Part shown: positions 46,454-57,067 of the stretch, piece by piece
How positions within the stretch are numbered: the stretch's first letter is position 1
Layout of the letters: every line of letters starts with the position of its first letter
From: a bacterium
GTDB lineage: Bacteria; JADJOY01
Direction: 5' to 3'
NCBI GenBank assembly: GCA_046331705.1
Contig: JAXLQJ010000036.1
Coordinates: 1 to 64,000 of the forward strand
Length of the DNA: 64,000 nucleotides
Position numbers and translations under genes: made by a program
Notes under the pieces: model-generated
What the model saw: only the letters and a program-made list of their open reading frames with translations
The model's database searches: none
Told to the model about the DNA's origin: nothing

Positions 46454-46942
46454 ATGCACGTATCCTCGCGAGGTCCGAGCGCGTCCCCGACGTCTGCCGA
46501 CGCGACGGGAAGCGAACGCGCCCGGCGGATCCTGGTCGCCGAGGACGATCGGGAGATGCGTCGGCTGCTCGTCGAGGCGCTGCGCGAGGACGGCTACGAG
46601 GTCGACGAGGCTCCCGATGGAGTCGAGCTCCTGGCGCACATCGGCTCGTCGGTGCTCTTCGGCACGTTCGGCTCGGTTCGCGAGCCACCCGACCTGATCG
46701 TCACCGACGTTCGCATGCCCGGCCTGACTGGCCTGACCGTGCTCGCGGCGTTGCGGGAATCGGGCGAGACCGTGCCGGTGATCGTCATCACCGCGTTCGG
46801 CGACGACGAGACCCACCGATTCGCCCACGAGCACGGCGCCGTCGCCATCTTCGACAAGCCGTTCGACCTGGTCGACCTGCGCGCCGCGATCGATGCCGTC
46901 TTGCGCACGGCAGCCCACGGCCAACCCGGCGCCGCGCGCTGA
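46454..46942 (+). CDS. Single-domain response regulator
   Basis: ILVAEDD, VTDVRMPG, ITAFG, KPF. Confidence 0.88.
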   Translation: MHVSSRGPSASPTSADATGSERARRILVAEDDREMRRLLVEALREDGYEVDEAPDGVELLAHIGSSVLFGTFGSVREPPDLIVTDVRMPGLTGLTVLAALRESGETVPVIVITAFGDDETHRFAHEHGAVAIFDKPFDLVDLRAAIDAVLRTAAHGQPGAAR

Positions 46943-47083
46943 GCCGCGCTTCGCAAGCCCGCGCGGCCGGCGCCGGCGCGGCTCGCGTCGCACCCATCAC
47001 GGCACGGGTTTGGCGCTCCGCGTCATCGCGTGCTATGGCTTGGGGCTTTTTCGTTCCCCACCCGCCCACTTCGGAGGTTCTTC

Positions 47084-48358
47084 ATGTCTCTGATTCCCGC
47101 CCATGGCGGGCTCAGCGAGCCCGTCGACCGCGTCCTTCCTCTCTCGCAGCAGAAGTCACTGCTCAAGGAAGCCAAGGACCTCCCCAAGATCGCGGTGACC
47201 GACGCCGACCTGAGCGCCGTCTATCGCCTCGGCGACGGCACCTTGTCGCCGCTCATCGGCCCCATGACCGAGACCGAGTGGCACCACGCGCTCGACCACA
47301 AGTCGATCGTCCGCGACGGCAAGCGTTACGCCTGGACGATTCCCATCTCGCTGCCGATCACCAACGACGAGGCCAAGAAGCTCGAGACCGGCAAGAACGC
47401 GGCGCTCGTGAACGCGCGCGGCCAGGTCGTCGGCGTGCTGACGGTCGGCTCGGTGTTCGAGTGGGACAAGACCAAGTACATCGAGAAGGTCTACCTGACC
47501 ACCCGCACGGACCATCCCGGCGCGGACATCGTCCTCAAGGACGATCGCACCAAGCTCGTGGGCGGCGAGCTCTACACGCTGCCCCAGCCGCCGCACCCCG
47601 AGTTCGGCTCGTTCGTGCTCTCGCCGCGCCTCACGCGCGCCATGATCCAGGATCGCAAGTGGCAGGCGGCGCTCGCGTTCCAGACGCGCAATCCGCTGCA
47701 CCGCGCCCACGAGTACGCGCTCGTCTACGGCGTCGAGACGCTCACCCGCCAGGGGCTCTACGCCGGCGTTGTCCTCAATCCGCTGGTCGGCGAGCTCAAG
47801 GGCGACGACGTCGACGCCGCGACGCGCATGCGCACCTACGCCGCGCTCAAGAACAACCGGGCGCTCGGCCAGGGCGACTCCGACCGGGCGCTGTGGGAGT
47901 CGGTCGGCTACGACCTGAACGACGTGTTCGCGCTCGTCGGGCTCGACATCCGCATGTTCTACGGCGGCCCGAGCGAGGCGATCATGCACTCGATCTACCG
48001 GCAGAATCACGGCTTCACGCACCTCGTGATCGGCCGCAAGCACGCCGACGCGCCCTATCACGACAAGACGCCGATCTGGGGCGACTTCGACGCGCAGCAG
48101 ATCTTCGAGGATCTGCCCGGCGATCTGCAGGTGAAGCCGGTGAAGGTGGGATTCGCCGCCTACTACGAGTCGATGGGCCGCGTGGACCTGACCGAGAACC
48201 ACCCGAACGAGAAGCCGTTCAGCATCTCCGGCACCCAGATCCGCGCCGAGCTCGACGCCGGCAACCGGCCCGACGAGCGCATCATGCGTCCCGAGACCGC
48301 GGACATCCTGATCGAGGTGTACCGCCGCCAGCGCGAGGCCAAGGCCGCCGCCGGCTGA
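47084..48358 (+). CDS. sat: Sulfate adenylyltransferase (ATP sulfurylase)
   Basis: [66 protein letters not shown]. Confidence 0.94.
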   Translation: MSLIPAHGGLSEPVDRVLPLSQQKSLLKEAKDLPKIAVTDADLSAVYRLGDGTLSPLIGPMTETEWHHALDHKSIVRDGKRYAWTIPISLPITNDEAKKLETGKNAALVNARGQVVGVLTVGSVFEWDKTKYIEKVYLTTRTDHPGADIVLKDDRTKLVGGELYTLPQPPHPEFGSFVLSPRLTRAMIQDRKWQAALAFQTRNPLHRAHEYALVYGVETLTRQGLYAGVVLNPLVGELKGDDVDAATRMRTYAALKNNRALGQGDSDRALWESVGYDLNDVFALVGLDIRMFYGGPSEAIMHSIYRQNHGFTHLVIGRKHADAPYHDKTPIWGDFDAQQIFEDLPGDLQVKPVKVGFAAYYESMGRVDLTENHPNEKPFSISGTQIRAELDAGNRPDERIMRPETADILIEVYRRQREAKAAAG

Positions 48359-48463
48359 CGTCCCCTCGCCCTCTCGAGCCTCACGACGCGGCCCGCGTGC
48401 ATCGCACGCGGGCCGTTCCTCGTCGGGCGTGGAACACACGCCGCGCGACGCGCGCGACGAGGT

Positions 48464-50716
48464 TCAGCCGGCCTCGTCGTAGGTGTCCGCGCGCGCCTCG
48501 TCGAGGCGGCGCAAGCCTTCGAGCACCAGGCTCTCGTAGCCCGCGTCGATGGTCTCGAGCGGCGCGATCGCGCCGGTCTCGATCTGGAACTCGCCCTCGT
48601 TCCAGCCGATGACGCGGTAGAACGCCTCCTCGCCCTGCTCGTCGCCGAACTCGGCGTGGACGATCGTGCCCTCGCGCAGCCAGATCGCGCCCTCCTCGGC
48701 GCCGCGCATGAGCGCGATCCGCGCGGTCTTCCCGCTGGTGGCCAGGATCTGGATGATGTCGGCGATGTTCATCTCGCTCAGGCGTCCCGACACACCGCTC
48801 TGTCCAGCGCGGCCGCGGCTGGATCGCGCGGCCGCGACCCGCTCCAGCACGCGCTCGATCTTCGCGAGCAGCACCTTCTCGCCCACGATCTTGAGGACGT
48901 AATCCTCGGCGCCCCGTTCCAGCGCCTGCCCCATCGTGGCCTGGCTCTGCTCCGACGTCACGAAGATCACCGTCGGCCCGGCGCCCGCCGTGGTCGCAGT
49001 CCCGGCGAGGAAGTTGAGCGGGTCGCCGTCGGGGAGGTGGACCTCGGAGACCACCAGCTCGGGCTCGTAGTCGCGGATCAGCTCGCGCGCCTTCGCGTAA
49101 GTCGGCGCGCGCAGCACGCGCACCTGGCGCGACAACAGATGGCTGCCGAGCGACTCCGCGAAGTCGGCGTCGGGATCGACGATCAGCACCTTGTCGAGCT
49201 GGACGTCGATCTCGCCGAGCAGCAGGCCCTTCTCCAGCACCTCGAGGAAGGTGTTGAGCACCCGCGCGTCGAAGAGCTTGCCGCGCCCATCGACGAGGCG
49301 GCGGAACGCAGTCGCGATCTCGCTCTTGTCGTCCGGGATGCGGTCGCCGGCCACGCGCTGGAATGCGATCACGGCGGTCAGGATCCGGGCGCCGAGGGGT
49401 ATCTCGTCGTGGTTCCGACCTTCGGGGAATCCCTCGCCGTCGACGCGCTCGTAGAGGTGCGCCAGCACCCGGTCGGCGGGGATGGGAATGTCGAGATGCA
49501 CGAGCCAGTGGATCGGGATACGCACTTGCTCGAGCAGCAGGGTCTTGTCCGTGTCCCCCGCCACGTCCACGACGCTCGGGACGGTGAGCTCGTCGCGCGC
49601 CAGCTGGTGCATGTAGGCGGCGACCGTGAGCTCGTCGAGCGCCTCGGCGCCCATGCCCAGACGCTGCCCGACCTGGCGGGCGATGCGCGGCAAGCTGGGA
49701 CCGCTCTGCGCACGCCCCGCATCGAGGGTGACGCCCTTCAGGAATTTCTCGAGCACCTCGATCAGGCTGTCGATGAGCTGACGCACGCGCCCCGGCTCTT
49801 CGATCAGGGCCTCGCCGAAGGCCCCGACGCGCCGAACCTTCGCGTGCGGCACGAGCCGCTGCACCCAGTCGGTCAGACCCGCTTCGCGCTTCGCGATCTC
49901 CTCGCGAATCAAGAACACCTGCGGCGGCTCGCGGCCGACCAGCTCCGCGAGCTGATCGCGATCGATCACCGGCCGCACTCGATAGCCCTCGCTCTGGAGG
50001 AACGCCCGCACCGCGCGGGCGCGGGTGGCATCCGGCTCGTAGAGCGCCACCACGTCGCCGTGCGGGCTCTCGGGCTCGTGGCTCTCGGTTCCCGGGTGCG
50101 AGCCGGTGAGCGAGCCGTGACGTAGCGCCGCCAGCCGCCGAACGTCTTCTTGCCATTCGCCGCCCACGGGCGCGGCGACGGCGGTCTTTCCCTCGGCCGG
50201 CTTGGCGGGCGGCGGCGGAGGAGGCGGCAGGCGGATGACGGTGTCGTCGAGCGCCCGGTCGAAGGCGTCCGCCACGCCGCGGTAGTGCTTGTCGATGGCG
50301 GCGCGGATGGTGCTCGGCAACGCCAGGATCGTGGTGATCACTGGCACCTTGGTTCGATCGCGAACCGCCTCGACCGTCTTGCGATCGGTCGGATCGGAAA
50401 CGATGAGCACCAGCTCGCCGCTCGATTTGTTGTACCAGACCGGGAACACCAGGTGGCGCTCGGCTTCATCGAGCGGAACCACCGCCAGGAAGCTCTTCGG
50501 CACCAGGTTCTCGGCCACCTGCTTGCGCGTGACGTAGGACACGCCGTATTGCTCGGCGAGGCCGCGCAGCACCGTGGCCTCGTCGACGTGGCCGAGGCTG
50601 ACCAGCACCTCACCGACGAGGCCGCCCTTGCGGCGTTGGATCTCGACGGCCTGCGCGAGCTGATCGGGCGTGATCAGCCCTTGCCGGATGAGGATTTCGC
50701 CCAGGCGGTCCGGCAT
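48464..50716 (-). CDS. Multidomain signalling protein: MshEN/GSPII_N, REC-like, degenerate HD-GYP, REC-like, DUF4388
   Basis: RLGEILIRQGLITPDQLAQAVEIQ; ERVDGEGFPEG..IPLGARIL; VLIVDPD..VVSEVHLP; GRLSEMNIADIIQIL. Confidence 0.85.
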   Translation of the reverse strand: MPDRLGEILIRQGLITPDQLAQAVEIQRRKGGLVGEVLVSLGHVDEATVLRGLAEQYGVSYVTRKQVAENLVPKSFLAVVPLDEAERHLVFPVWYNKSSGELVLIVSDPTDRKTVEAVRDRTKVPVITTILALPSTIRAAIDKHYRGVADAFDRALDDTVIRLPPPPPPPAKPAEGKTAVAAPVGGEWQEDVRRLAALRHGSLTGSHPGTESHEPESPHGDVVALYEPDATRARAVRAFLQSEGYRVRPVIDRDQLAELVGREPPQVFLIREEIAKREAGLTDWVQRLVPHAKVRRVGAFGEALIEEPGRVRQLIDSLIEVLEKFLKGVTLDAGRAQSGPSLPRIARQVGQRLGMGAEALDELTVAAYMHQLARDELTVPSVVDVAGDTDKTLLLEQVRIPIHWLVHLDIPIPADRVLAHLYERVDGEGFPEGRNHDEIPLGARILTAVIAFQRVAGDRIPDDKSEIATAFRRLVDGRGKLFDARVLNTFLEVLEKGLLLGEIDVQLDKVLIVDPDADFAESLGSHLLSRQVRVLRAPTYAKARELIRDYEPELVVSEVHLPDGDPLNFLAGTATTAGAGPTVIFVTSEQSQATMGQALERGAEDYVLKIVGEKVLLAKIERVLERVAAARSSRGRAGQSGVSGRLSEMNIADIIQILATSGKTARIALMRGAEEGAIWLREGTIVHAEFGDEQGEEAFYRVIGWNEGEFQIETGAIAPLETIDAGYESLVLEGLRRLDEARADTYDEAG

Positions 50717-50760
50717 CGAGGTGTCTCGCGGCGTCCGATTCGAGCCACGCGCGCTCGGGC

Positions 50761-51438
50761 TCAGTCCCAGAAGCGAAACCGAATGATGTGGATCAGCGCG
50801 GCGATGCCGTCGCGCCAGCCGATCTTCTTTCCTTCCAGATAGCTGCGGCCGCTATAGGAGATGGGAGTCTCGTAGATCCGGCAGCGCAGCTTGGCGACCT
50901 TGGCCGTGAACTCCACCTCGAAGCCGAACCGATCCGACTTGAGCTCGATGCGCTCGAGGATCTCCGTCTTGAAGACCTTGTAGCAGGTCTCCATGTCGGT
51001 GAGGTTCAGATTCGTGGTCATGTTCGAGAGCAACGTGAGCAGGCGGTTGCCCACGTAGTGCCAGAAGTAGAGGACGCGATGCGGGCCGCCCAGGAAGCGA
51101 GACCCGTAGACGACGTCGGCGCGCCCATCGAGGATGGGCTCCAACAGGCGCGGGTACTCGGCTGGGTTGTACTCGAGGTCGGCGTCCTGGACGATCACGA
51201 TGTCGCCCGTGACGTGCCGGAACCCGGTCCTGAGCGCCGCGCCTTTACCGCGGTTCACCTCGTGGTAGATGACCCGCACGCCTCGCTCGGCCTCTTTGGC
51301 CAGCACGTCTCGGGTCCCGTCGGTCGAGGCGTCGTCGACGACGATGATCTCCGTTTCGAGCGGCGTTGCCCGCACCTTGTCGAGCAGGGTCGAGATCGTG
51401 TCCTTCTCGTTGAACACCGGGATGACGACCGAGATCAT
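50761..51438 (-). CDS. GT2 glycosyltransferase (polyprenol-phosphate/DPM1-like)
   Basis: [54 protein letters not shown]. Confidence 0.93.
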   Translation of the reverse strand: MISVVIPVFNEKDTISTLLDKVRATPLETEIIVVDDASTDGTRDVLAKEAERGVRVIYHEVNRGKGAALRTGFRHVTGDIVIVQDADLEYNPAEYPRLLEPILDGRADVVYGSRFLGGPHRVLYFWHYVGNRLLTLLSNMTTNLNLTDMETCYKVFKTEILERIELKSDRFGFEVEFTAKVAKLRCRIYETPISYSGRSYLEGKKIGWRDGIAALIHIIRFRFWD

Positions 51439-51578
51439 TGAGCTTTCCGGGCGAAAGTGAACGGAGTTGGGCGGCGCCCGATTGGAGCACCGAGCCGATC
51501 GCAAGTCAACCGCCGTCGCGCGGAGCGCATGGCCGCGCGCGCCGGCTCGTCGCCGCCGTGTCCCAGACGCGACACGGT

Positions 51579-51606
51579 TTGACTTGGACGCGCGCGCTGC
51601 TACCTT
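51579..51606 (+). promoter_or_regulatory. sigma70 promoter for the rpmE-prfA operon
   Basis: TTGACT-16bp-TACCTT with TG extended -10, then GGAGG RBS; a divergent TTGACT-17-TCCAAT (51481-51509, minus) may serve the GT2 gene. Confidence 0.6.
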
Positions 51607-51631
51607 TGCTGGGTTTCCCGCGGAGGTTTCG

Positions 51632-51836
51632 ATGAAGAGCGACATTCATCCCGAGTACCACGAGATTCGCGTCCACTGCTCCTGTGGCAACGAGTTCACC
51701 ACCAAGTCCACCAACCAGAAGCTGCACATCGAGATCTGCTCGAGCTGCCACCCGTTCTACACCGGCAAGGAAAAGCTGGTGGACGCGGCCGGCCGCGCTC
51801 GATCCTTCATGAGGAAGTACGCGGCCTGCTTCCTGA
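51632..51836 (+). CDS. rpmE: 50S ribosomal protein L31 (Zn-binding type); stop is out of frame by one base as sequenced
   Basis: [24 protein letters not shown]; removing one base gives a 67-aa protein ending at TGA 51834-51836. Confidence 0.9.
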
Positions 51837-51898
51837 GCGTCCCCCCTCCCGTGTCCCGCACGGCCGCGCCCCCGCAAGCCGTCGTCTCGGTTTCCGCA

Positions 51899-52969
51899 TT
51901 GCAGCTCGACCCCGGTCTCAGCGCCCGGCTCGAGAAAGCCCGTGATCGCTACCTCGCGATCTCCGAGGAGATGGCGAGCCCGGAGGCGCTGGCCGATCGA
52001 GCGCGGCTCAAGCAGCTCGGTCGAGACGCCGCGGAGCTGCGCGAGGCCGCGCGCCTCCACGAGCGCTTGAGCCAGCTGGTCAAGGATCTCGAGTCCCATC
52101 GCGCGCTGGCCGACTCCGAGAGCGAGGATCCCGAGCTTCGCGAGCTCGCCGCGAGCGAGGCGGAACGAGCGGAGCGGGAGCTCGCGACACTCGAGCGCCA
52201 AGCCCGCCAACTCTTCGTACCCAAGGACCCCTTCGACGAGCGCACCGCATACCTCGAGATCCGCGCCGGCACGGGCGGCGAGGAAGCCTCGCTGTTCGCG
52301 GCGGACGTGTTGCGCATGTACGTGCGCTGGGCCGAGTCGCACGGCCTCAAGGTGGAGTCGATGGAGCTACGGCGCAGCGATTCCGGCGGGCTCAAGGAAG
52401 CGATCGTGCGGATCGAGGGGCGCGGCGCGTTCGGACGGTTCCGGCGCGAGAGCGGAGTCCATCGGGTGCAACGGGTTCCGGCCACCGAAGCGCAAGGACG
52501 CATCCACACCTCGACGATCACCGTGGCGGTGCTTCCCGAGCCCGACGAGGTGGAGGTCGATCTGCGCGACGAGGACCTCGACATCACCACCAGCCGCTCG
52601 TCCGGCCCCGGTGGCCAGAACGTGAACCGCACCGACAGCGCGGTGCGGATCGTCCACAAGCCCACCGGGCTCGTGGTCACCTGCCAGGACGAGCAGTCGC
52701 AGCACAAGAACAAGGCGCGCGCCAAGTCCATCCTGAAGGCGCGCCTGCTCGAGCGCGAGCGGGAGAGCAAGGCGCGCGAGCGGGCGCTCGATCGCAAGAG
52801 CCAGGTGGGAACCGGCGATCGCAGCGAGCGAATCCGCACCTACAACTTCCCGCAGGGACGCGTGACCGATCATCGGATCGGCCTGACGCTGCATCAGATC
52901 GACCGCATCCTCGAGGGCGATCTCGACCCCCTCCATCAAGCGCTCCTCGAGGCCGAGCAACCCACGTGA
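51899..52969 (+). CDS. prfA: Peptide chain release factor 1
   Basis: [25 protein letters not shown] (PxT), [20 protein letters not shown]; start uncertain (TTG 51899 or GTG 51851). Confidence 0.95.
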   Translation: MQLDPGLSARLEKARDRYLAISEEMASPEALADRARLKQLGRDAAELREAARLHERLSQLVKDLESHRALADSESEDPELRELAASEAERAERELATLERQARQLFVPKDPFDERTAYLEIRAGTGGEEASLFAADVLRMYVRWAESHGLKVESMELRRSDSGGLKEAIVRIEGRGAFGRFRRESGVHRVQRVPATEAQGRIHTSTITVAVLPEPDEVEVDLRDEDLDITTSRSSGPGGQNVNRTDSAVRIVHKPTGLVVTCQDEQSQHKNKARAKSILKARLLERERESKARERALDRKSQVGTGDRSERIRTYNFPQGRVTDHRIGLTLHQIDRILEGDLDPLHQALLEAEQPT

Positions 52970-53829
52970 GCCCACTCGCGACGCGCCACCAGGCCTTGCG
53001 CGAGGCGACTCGGCGCTTGCTCTCGGCCGAGGTCGAGGACGCCGAGCACGGCGCGCTACGGCTGCTCGCCCACGCGAGCGGATGCGCGCACGCTCGAGAT
53101 CGCGAGCCAGGCGACGGCCCCGCTCGAGCCCGACGTCGCGGCGCGTTTCGAGGCGCTGGTGGGTGAGCGCGCGCGCGCCGCGTCCCGTTGCAGCACATCG
53201 TGGAAGTCGGCTTCCACGCGATCGAGCTCGAGGTGAGCCGTCGAGTGCTCGTGCCGCGCGCCGAGACCGAGCTCCTCGTGGACGCCGTCCTCGATTGGCT
53301 GAAGGTGCGGGCGCTCCCGGCGCCGCGCGTGCTGGACCTCGGCACCGGCAGCGGCGCCATCGCGATCGCCATCGCCCGAGCGCGCCTCGAGGCGCGCGTG
53401 GTGGCCACCGACGCCAGCCTCGACGCGCTCGCCGTCGCGGGCCGGAACGCGGCGCGAAACGGCGTCGCCGCTCGGATCGCGCTGCTCGCCGGATGCTGGT
53501 TCCAGCCGCTGCGCCGACTCGACGCTTTCGACGTCGTCGTCTCGAACCCGCCCTACGTGACCACCGCCGAGATCGGCGCGCTCGCGCCCGAGGTGCGCGA
53601 GCACGACCCACGCCTGGCGCTCGACGGCGGGCCGGACGGGCTCGCACCCTACCGGGCGATCTGCGCCGAGGCACCGTTGCGCTTGCGCAGCCCAGGGCTC
53701 TTGGCGCTCGAGGTCGCGGGGACGCGCGCAGCCGAGGTCGCGGCACTGGCGCGCGACGCCGGCTTCGAGACCACGTGCATCCGCGCCGACTACGCCGGAT
53801 GGCCCCGTGTCGTGCTCGCGACGATCTGA
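52966..53829 (+). CDS. prmC: Release factor glutamine methyltransferase, at least two frameshifts at about 53085-53200 (probably sequencing errors)
   Basis: [40 protein letters not shown]-terminus split over three frames. Confidence 0.88.
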
Positions 53830-53858
53830 GCGTCGCGCAACCCCGGAGATCCACCCCC

Positions 53859-55112
53859 ATGGACAAGCTCTTGATCGAAGGTGGGCCGCGGCTGGCCGGC
53901 GAGGTCGACGTCGCTGGCGCGAAGAACAGCGCACTGCCGGTGCTCGCCGCGTGCCTGCTGACGGCGGAGCCGTGCCGGCTCGCGAACGTTCCCGAGGTGC
54001 GCGACCTGATGACGATGCGCAAGCTGCTCGACCTGGTCGGCGCGCGCACCCAGCGCGTCGACGGCGTGCTCGAGGTGGAGGCACGCGCGGTGAGCGAGCC
54101 CGTCGCGCCCTACGACCTGGTGCGGACCATGCGAGCGTCGGCGATCGTGCTCGGCCCGTTGCTCGCACGGACCGGACGAGCGGCGGTCTCGTTGCCGGGC
54201 GGCTGCGCCATCGGTGCACGTCCCATGAACCTGCACCTCGAGGGCTTGGCGAAGATGGGCGCGCGCCTCGAGCTCGAGGGCGGCTACATCCGTGCCGAAG
54301 CCGAGCAGCTCGTCGGAACGACCATCGAGTGGACGCGGCCGAGCGTCACCGGCACCGAGAACCTGATGATGGCCGCGGTGCTGGCGCGGGGCGTGACGCG
54401 AATCAAGGGCGCGGCGCTCGAGCCGGAGGTCGTGGATCTGGCGCAGATGCTCGAGCGCATGGGTGCGCACATCGTGGGCGCGGGAACTCCCGAGATCCGC
54501 ATCGAGGGGGTCGAGCGCCTCCACGGGGTCGAGCACACGATCATGCCGGACCGGATCGAGGCCGGCACGCTCTTGGTCGCCGCCGCGATCACCGGCGGCG
54601 ACGTGCTGGTGCGCGGCGCGCGTGCCGAGCACCTCGAAGCGGTGCTCGCGAAGCTGAGCCAGAGCGGCGCCGCGATCACGCGTTCCGCGGAGGGCATCCG
54701 GCTGCGCATGGACGGCGCGCCGCGTCCCGTCGACGTCACCACGCTGCCCTTTCCCGGCTTCCCGACGGACATGCAAGCACAGCTCACCAGCCTGGTATGC
54801 CTGGCCCCCGGGACCAGCGCGATCACCGAGACGATCTTCGAGAGCCGCTTCATGCACGTGTCCGAGCTGGAACGCATGGGCGCACGCATCGACGTGCAGG
54901 GACCCACCGCGTTCGTCGACGGCGTCGAACGACTGACCGCCGCGCCCGTGATGGCCACCGATCTGCGCGCCAGCGCCGCGCTGGTGCTGGCGGGCCTCGC
55001 GGCCGATGGGGTGACCGAGATCCGGCGCGTCTATCACCTGGATCGCGGCTATGCGGAGCTCGATCGCAAGCTGATCGCGCTGGGTGCCCGGATCCGCCGC
55101 GTGGCCGAGTAG
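53859..55112 (+). CDS. murA: UDP-N-acetylglucosamine 1-carboxyvinyltransferase
   Basis: [49 protein letters not shown]. Confidence 0.97.
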   Translation: MDKLLIEGGPRLAGEVDVAGAKNSALPVLAACLLTAEPCRLANVPEVRDLMTMRKLLDLVGARTQRVDGVLEVEARAVSEPVAPYDLVRTMRASAIVLGPLLARTGRAAVSLPGGCAIGARPMNLHLEGLAKMGARLELEGGYIRAEAEQLVGTTIEWTRPSVTGTENLMMAAVLARGVTRIKGAALEPEVVDLAQMLERMGAHIVGAGTPEIRIEGVERLHGVEHTIMPDRIEAGTLLVAAAITGGDVLVRGARAEHLEAVLAKLSQSGAAITRSAEGIRLRMDGAPRPVDVTTLPFPGFPTDMQAQLTSLVCLAPGTSAITETIFESRFMHVSELERMGARIDVQGPTAFVDGVERLTAAPVMATDLRASAALVLAGLAADGVTEIRRVYHLDRGYAELDRKLIALGARIRRVAE

Positions 55113-55227
55113 CGCGCGATCCACCCCCGCGCGAGGCCGTGACTGCGACCACGCGCGGGTTGTGCCAAGCTTGGCGCGCTTCAGGGCCCGCGCGGCCTTC
55201 GCACGGAGCGTCTCGCCACTCGCGACC

Positions 55228-56100
55228 ATGTCATCGAAACGTCCCGTCGTCGCAGCGTTCGTGGCCCTGGCCTCGTTTCTCGCCGGCGCAGCCACGCTTC
55301 ACGGCCGGCTGCTGGCGCACGACCAACTCCACAGGACGCTGCCCAACGACGCGCTCTATCTCCCCAAGCCCGAGCTCTTCCGGGCCACGAGCTTCGGCTT
55401 CCACCAGCTCGCCGCCGACTTGCTGTGGGCGAAGCTGGTGCAAGCGGTGGGCAACTGGACCGACCGCACCCAGGGCTTCAAGTACACGTACCAGTACGCC
55501 GACATCGTGACCGACATCGATCCCGGGTACGCGGCGCCCTACCTCATCGCCAACTTCTGGCTGGTCGGCTGGGATCGCATCGAGGACGCGAACGCCATCC
55601 TCGAGAAGGGTCATCGCCGCTTCCCGCAGAGCTACAAGTTCCCCTACTACCTCGGGCTCAACCACTTCCTGTGGCTCCACGATCGCGTCCGCGCGATCCA
55701 ATACTTCAGCGAGGCCGCCACGCTCCACGAGACGCCCGAGGCATCGAGGCGCTCCATGGCGAGCGCGCTGGAACGTCCGGACGATCCCACCGCCGCGTTC
55801 GACCTGATCATGAACCTCTACAGCGGCGCGGGATCCCGGCAGGAGCGGCAGGCGATCGAGCCGTTGGTGGTGCACGGCATGTTCTTCCAGCTCGCCACCG
55901 AGGTGAACGCCGCGTCCGCGAAGTACGAGCAGACGCACGGCCACAAGCCCACGACGCTCGAGGAGCTCGTCGAGGACGGGTCGTTACGCTCGGTTCCGCG
56001 CGACCCGTACGGCGGCACGCTCCGTCTCGACGAGGCCGGGCTGCTGCGCTCGAGCGTGCGTCCGAACTATTGGTGGGAGCGCAAGCCCAGCGCTCGATGA
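55228..56100 (+). CDS. PilG/XapA-like TPR-type accessory protein of pilus-associated ABC module
   Basis: N-terminal TM; ADLLW..LVQ, TDIDP.Y..PY, LEKG....P...KFPYYLG; C-terminal DPYGG; upstream of PilH/PilI-like ABC genes. Confidence 0.65.
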   Translation: MSSKRPVVAAFVALASFLAGAATLHGRLLAHDQLHRTLPNDALYLPKPELFRATSFGFHQLAADLLWAKLVQAVGNWTDRTQGFKYTYQYADIVTDIDPGYAAPYLIANFWLVGWDRIEDANAILEKGHRRFPQSYKFPYYLGLNHFLWLHDRVRAIQYFSEAATLHETPEASRRSMASALERPDDPTAAFDLIMNLYSGAGSRQERQAIEPLVVHGMFFQLATEVNAASAKYEQTHGHKPTTLEELVEDGSLRSVPRDPYGGTLRLDEAGLLRSSVRPNYWWERKPSAR

Positions 56101-56110
56101 GGCCTCCCGA

Positions 56111-57067
56111 ATGCTCGAACGCGCCGAAGATCCCGTGCTCAGCCTGGAAGGCGTGCGCAAGAGTTACCGCACGCCGTTCGGGCTCGGACGCATCGAAGCC
56201 CTGCGTGGTCTCAGCTTGCGCGTGGCGCGCGGCGAGACGGTCGGGTTCCTGGGACCCAACGGCGCCGGCAAGACCACCACGCTCAAGGTGATCCTCGGCC
56301 TGATTCGCGCCGACGCCGGCACCGTGCAGGTGTTCGGCCGGCCGCCCTCCGATCGGCAGGCGCGCCACGCCGTGGGCTTCCTGCCGGAGCAGCCCTACTT
56401 TTACGACTACCTCACCCCGCGCGAGATCCTGGAGCTGGCGGCGGCGCTCTTCGCGTTGCCGCGCATGGTGGCGCGCCAGCGCGTCGCCGAGCTGATCGAC
56501 CGGCTCGATCTCGGCAGCGTGCGCGACACGCCGCTGCGCAAGCTCTCGAAGGGCTGGGTGCAACGCGTCGGGTTGGCGCAGGCGCTGGTGGGCAGTCCGG
56601 ATCTGGTGGTGCTGGACGAGCCGATGAGCGGGCTCGACCCGCTGGGACGCCGCGAGGTGCGCGAGCTGATCACCTCGCTCAAGGGCCAAGGCACCGCGGT
56701 GCTGTTCAGCTCCCACATCCTCACGGACGCCGAGCTGCTCTGCGATCGCGTCGCCGTGATCGCCGCGGGTCAGATCCGCTTCGACGGGCCGCTCTCGCGC
56801 TTCGCTTCCGACACCCCGGCCTCGATCGACCTGGTGATCGAAGGAGTCGCCCGCGACGTGCTCGCGTCGAGCGGCGGTGAGCCGCTCGACGTCCGCGAGC
56901 GCGACGGCAAGTGGTGCCTGCGGGTCGCGCGGCAGGAACAGGTGGATCGACTCGTCGCCTGCACCGTCGAGCGGGGCGGTCGAGTCCTCGCGGTCACCCC
57001 GAACCGCGTGGGAATCGAGGAAATCTTCTCGCAGGCGGTGCGCTCGAGCGAAACGGGGACGCCATGA
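56111..57067 (+). CDS. ABC transporter ATP-binding protein (PilH-like)
   Basis: GPNGAGKTT, LSKG signature, LDEPMSGLDP.GR, SSH. Confidence 0.92.
   Translation: MLERAEDPVLSLEGVRKSYRTPFGLGRIEALRGLSLRVARGETVGFLGPNGAGKTTTLKVILGLIRADAGTVQVFGRPPSDRQARHAVGFLPEQPYFYDYLTPREILELAAALFALPRMVARQRVAELIDRLDLGSVRDTPLRKLSKGWVQRVGLAQALVGSPDLVVLDEPMSGLDPLGRREVRELITSLKGQGTAVLFSSHILTDAELLCDRVAVIAAGQIRFDGPLSRFASDTPASIDLVIEGVARDVLASSGGEPLDVRERDGKWCLRVARQEQVDRLVACTVERGGRVLAVTPNRVGIEEIFSQAVRSSETGTP

Noticed and set aside
53085..53200. prmC as pseudogene or programmed frameshift
   Set aside because: Indels fall in GC dinucleotide runs near the rpmE errors and I saw no slippery-site/SD arrangement like prfB; sequencing error is more parsimonious.
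55152..55169. Minus-strand TTGGCACA motif as sigma54 promoter or pilA remnant
   Set aside because: The -12 element is poor (GCGC), it points antisense into murA, and there is no pilin ORF.
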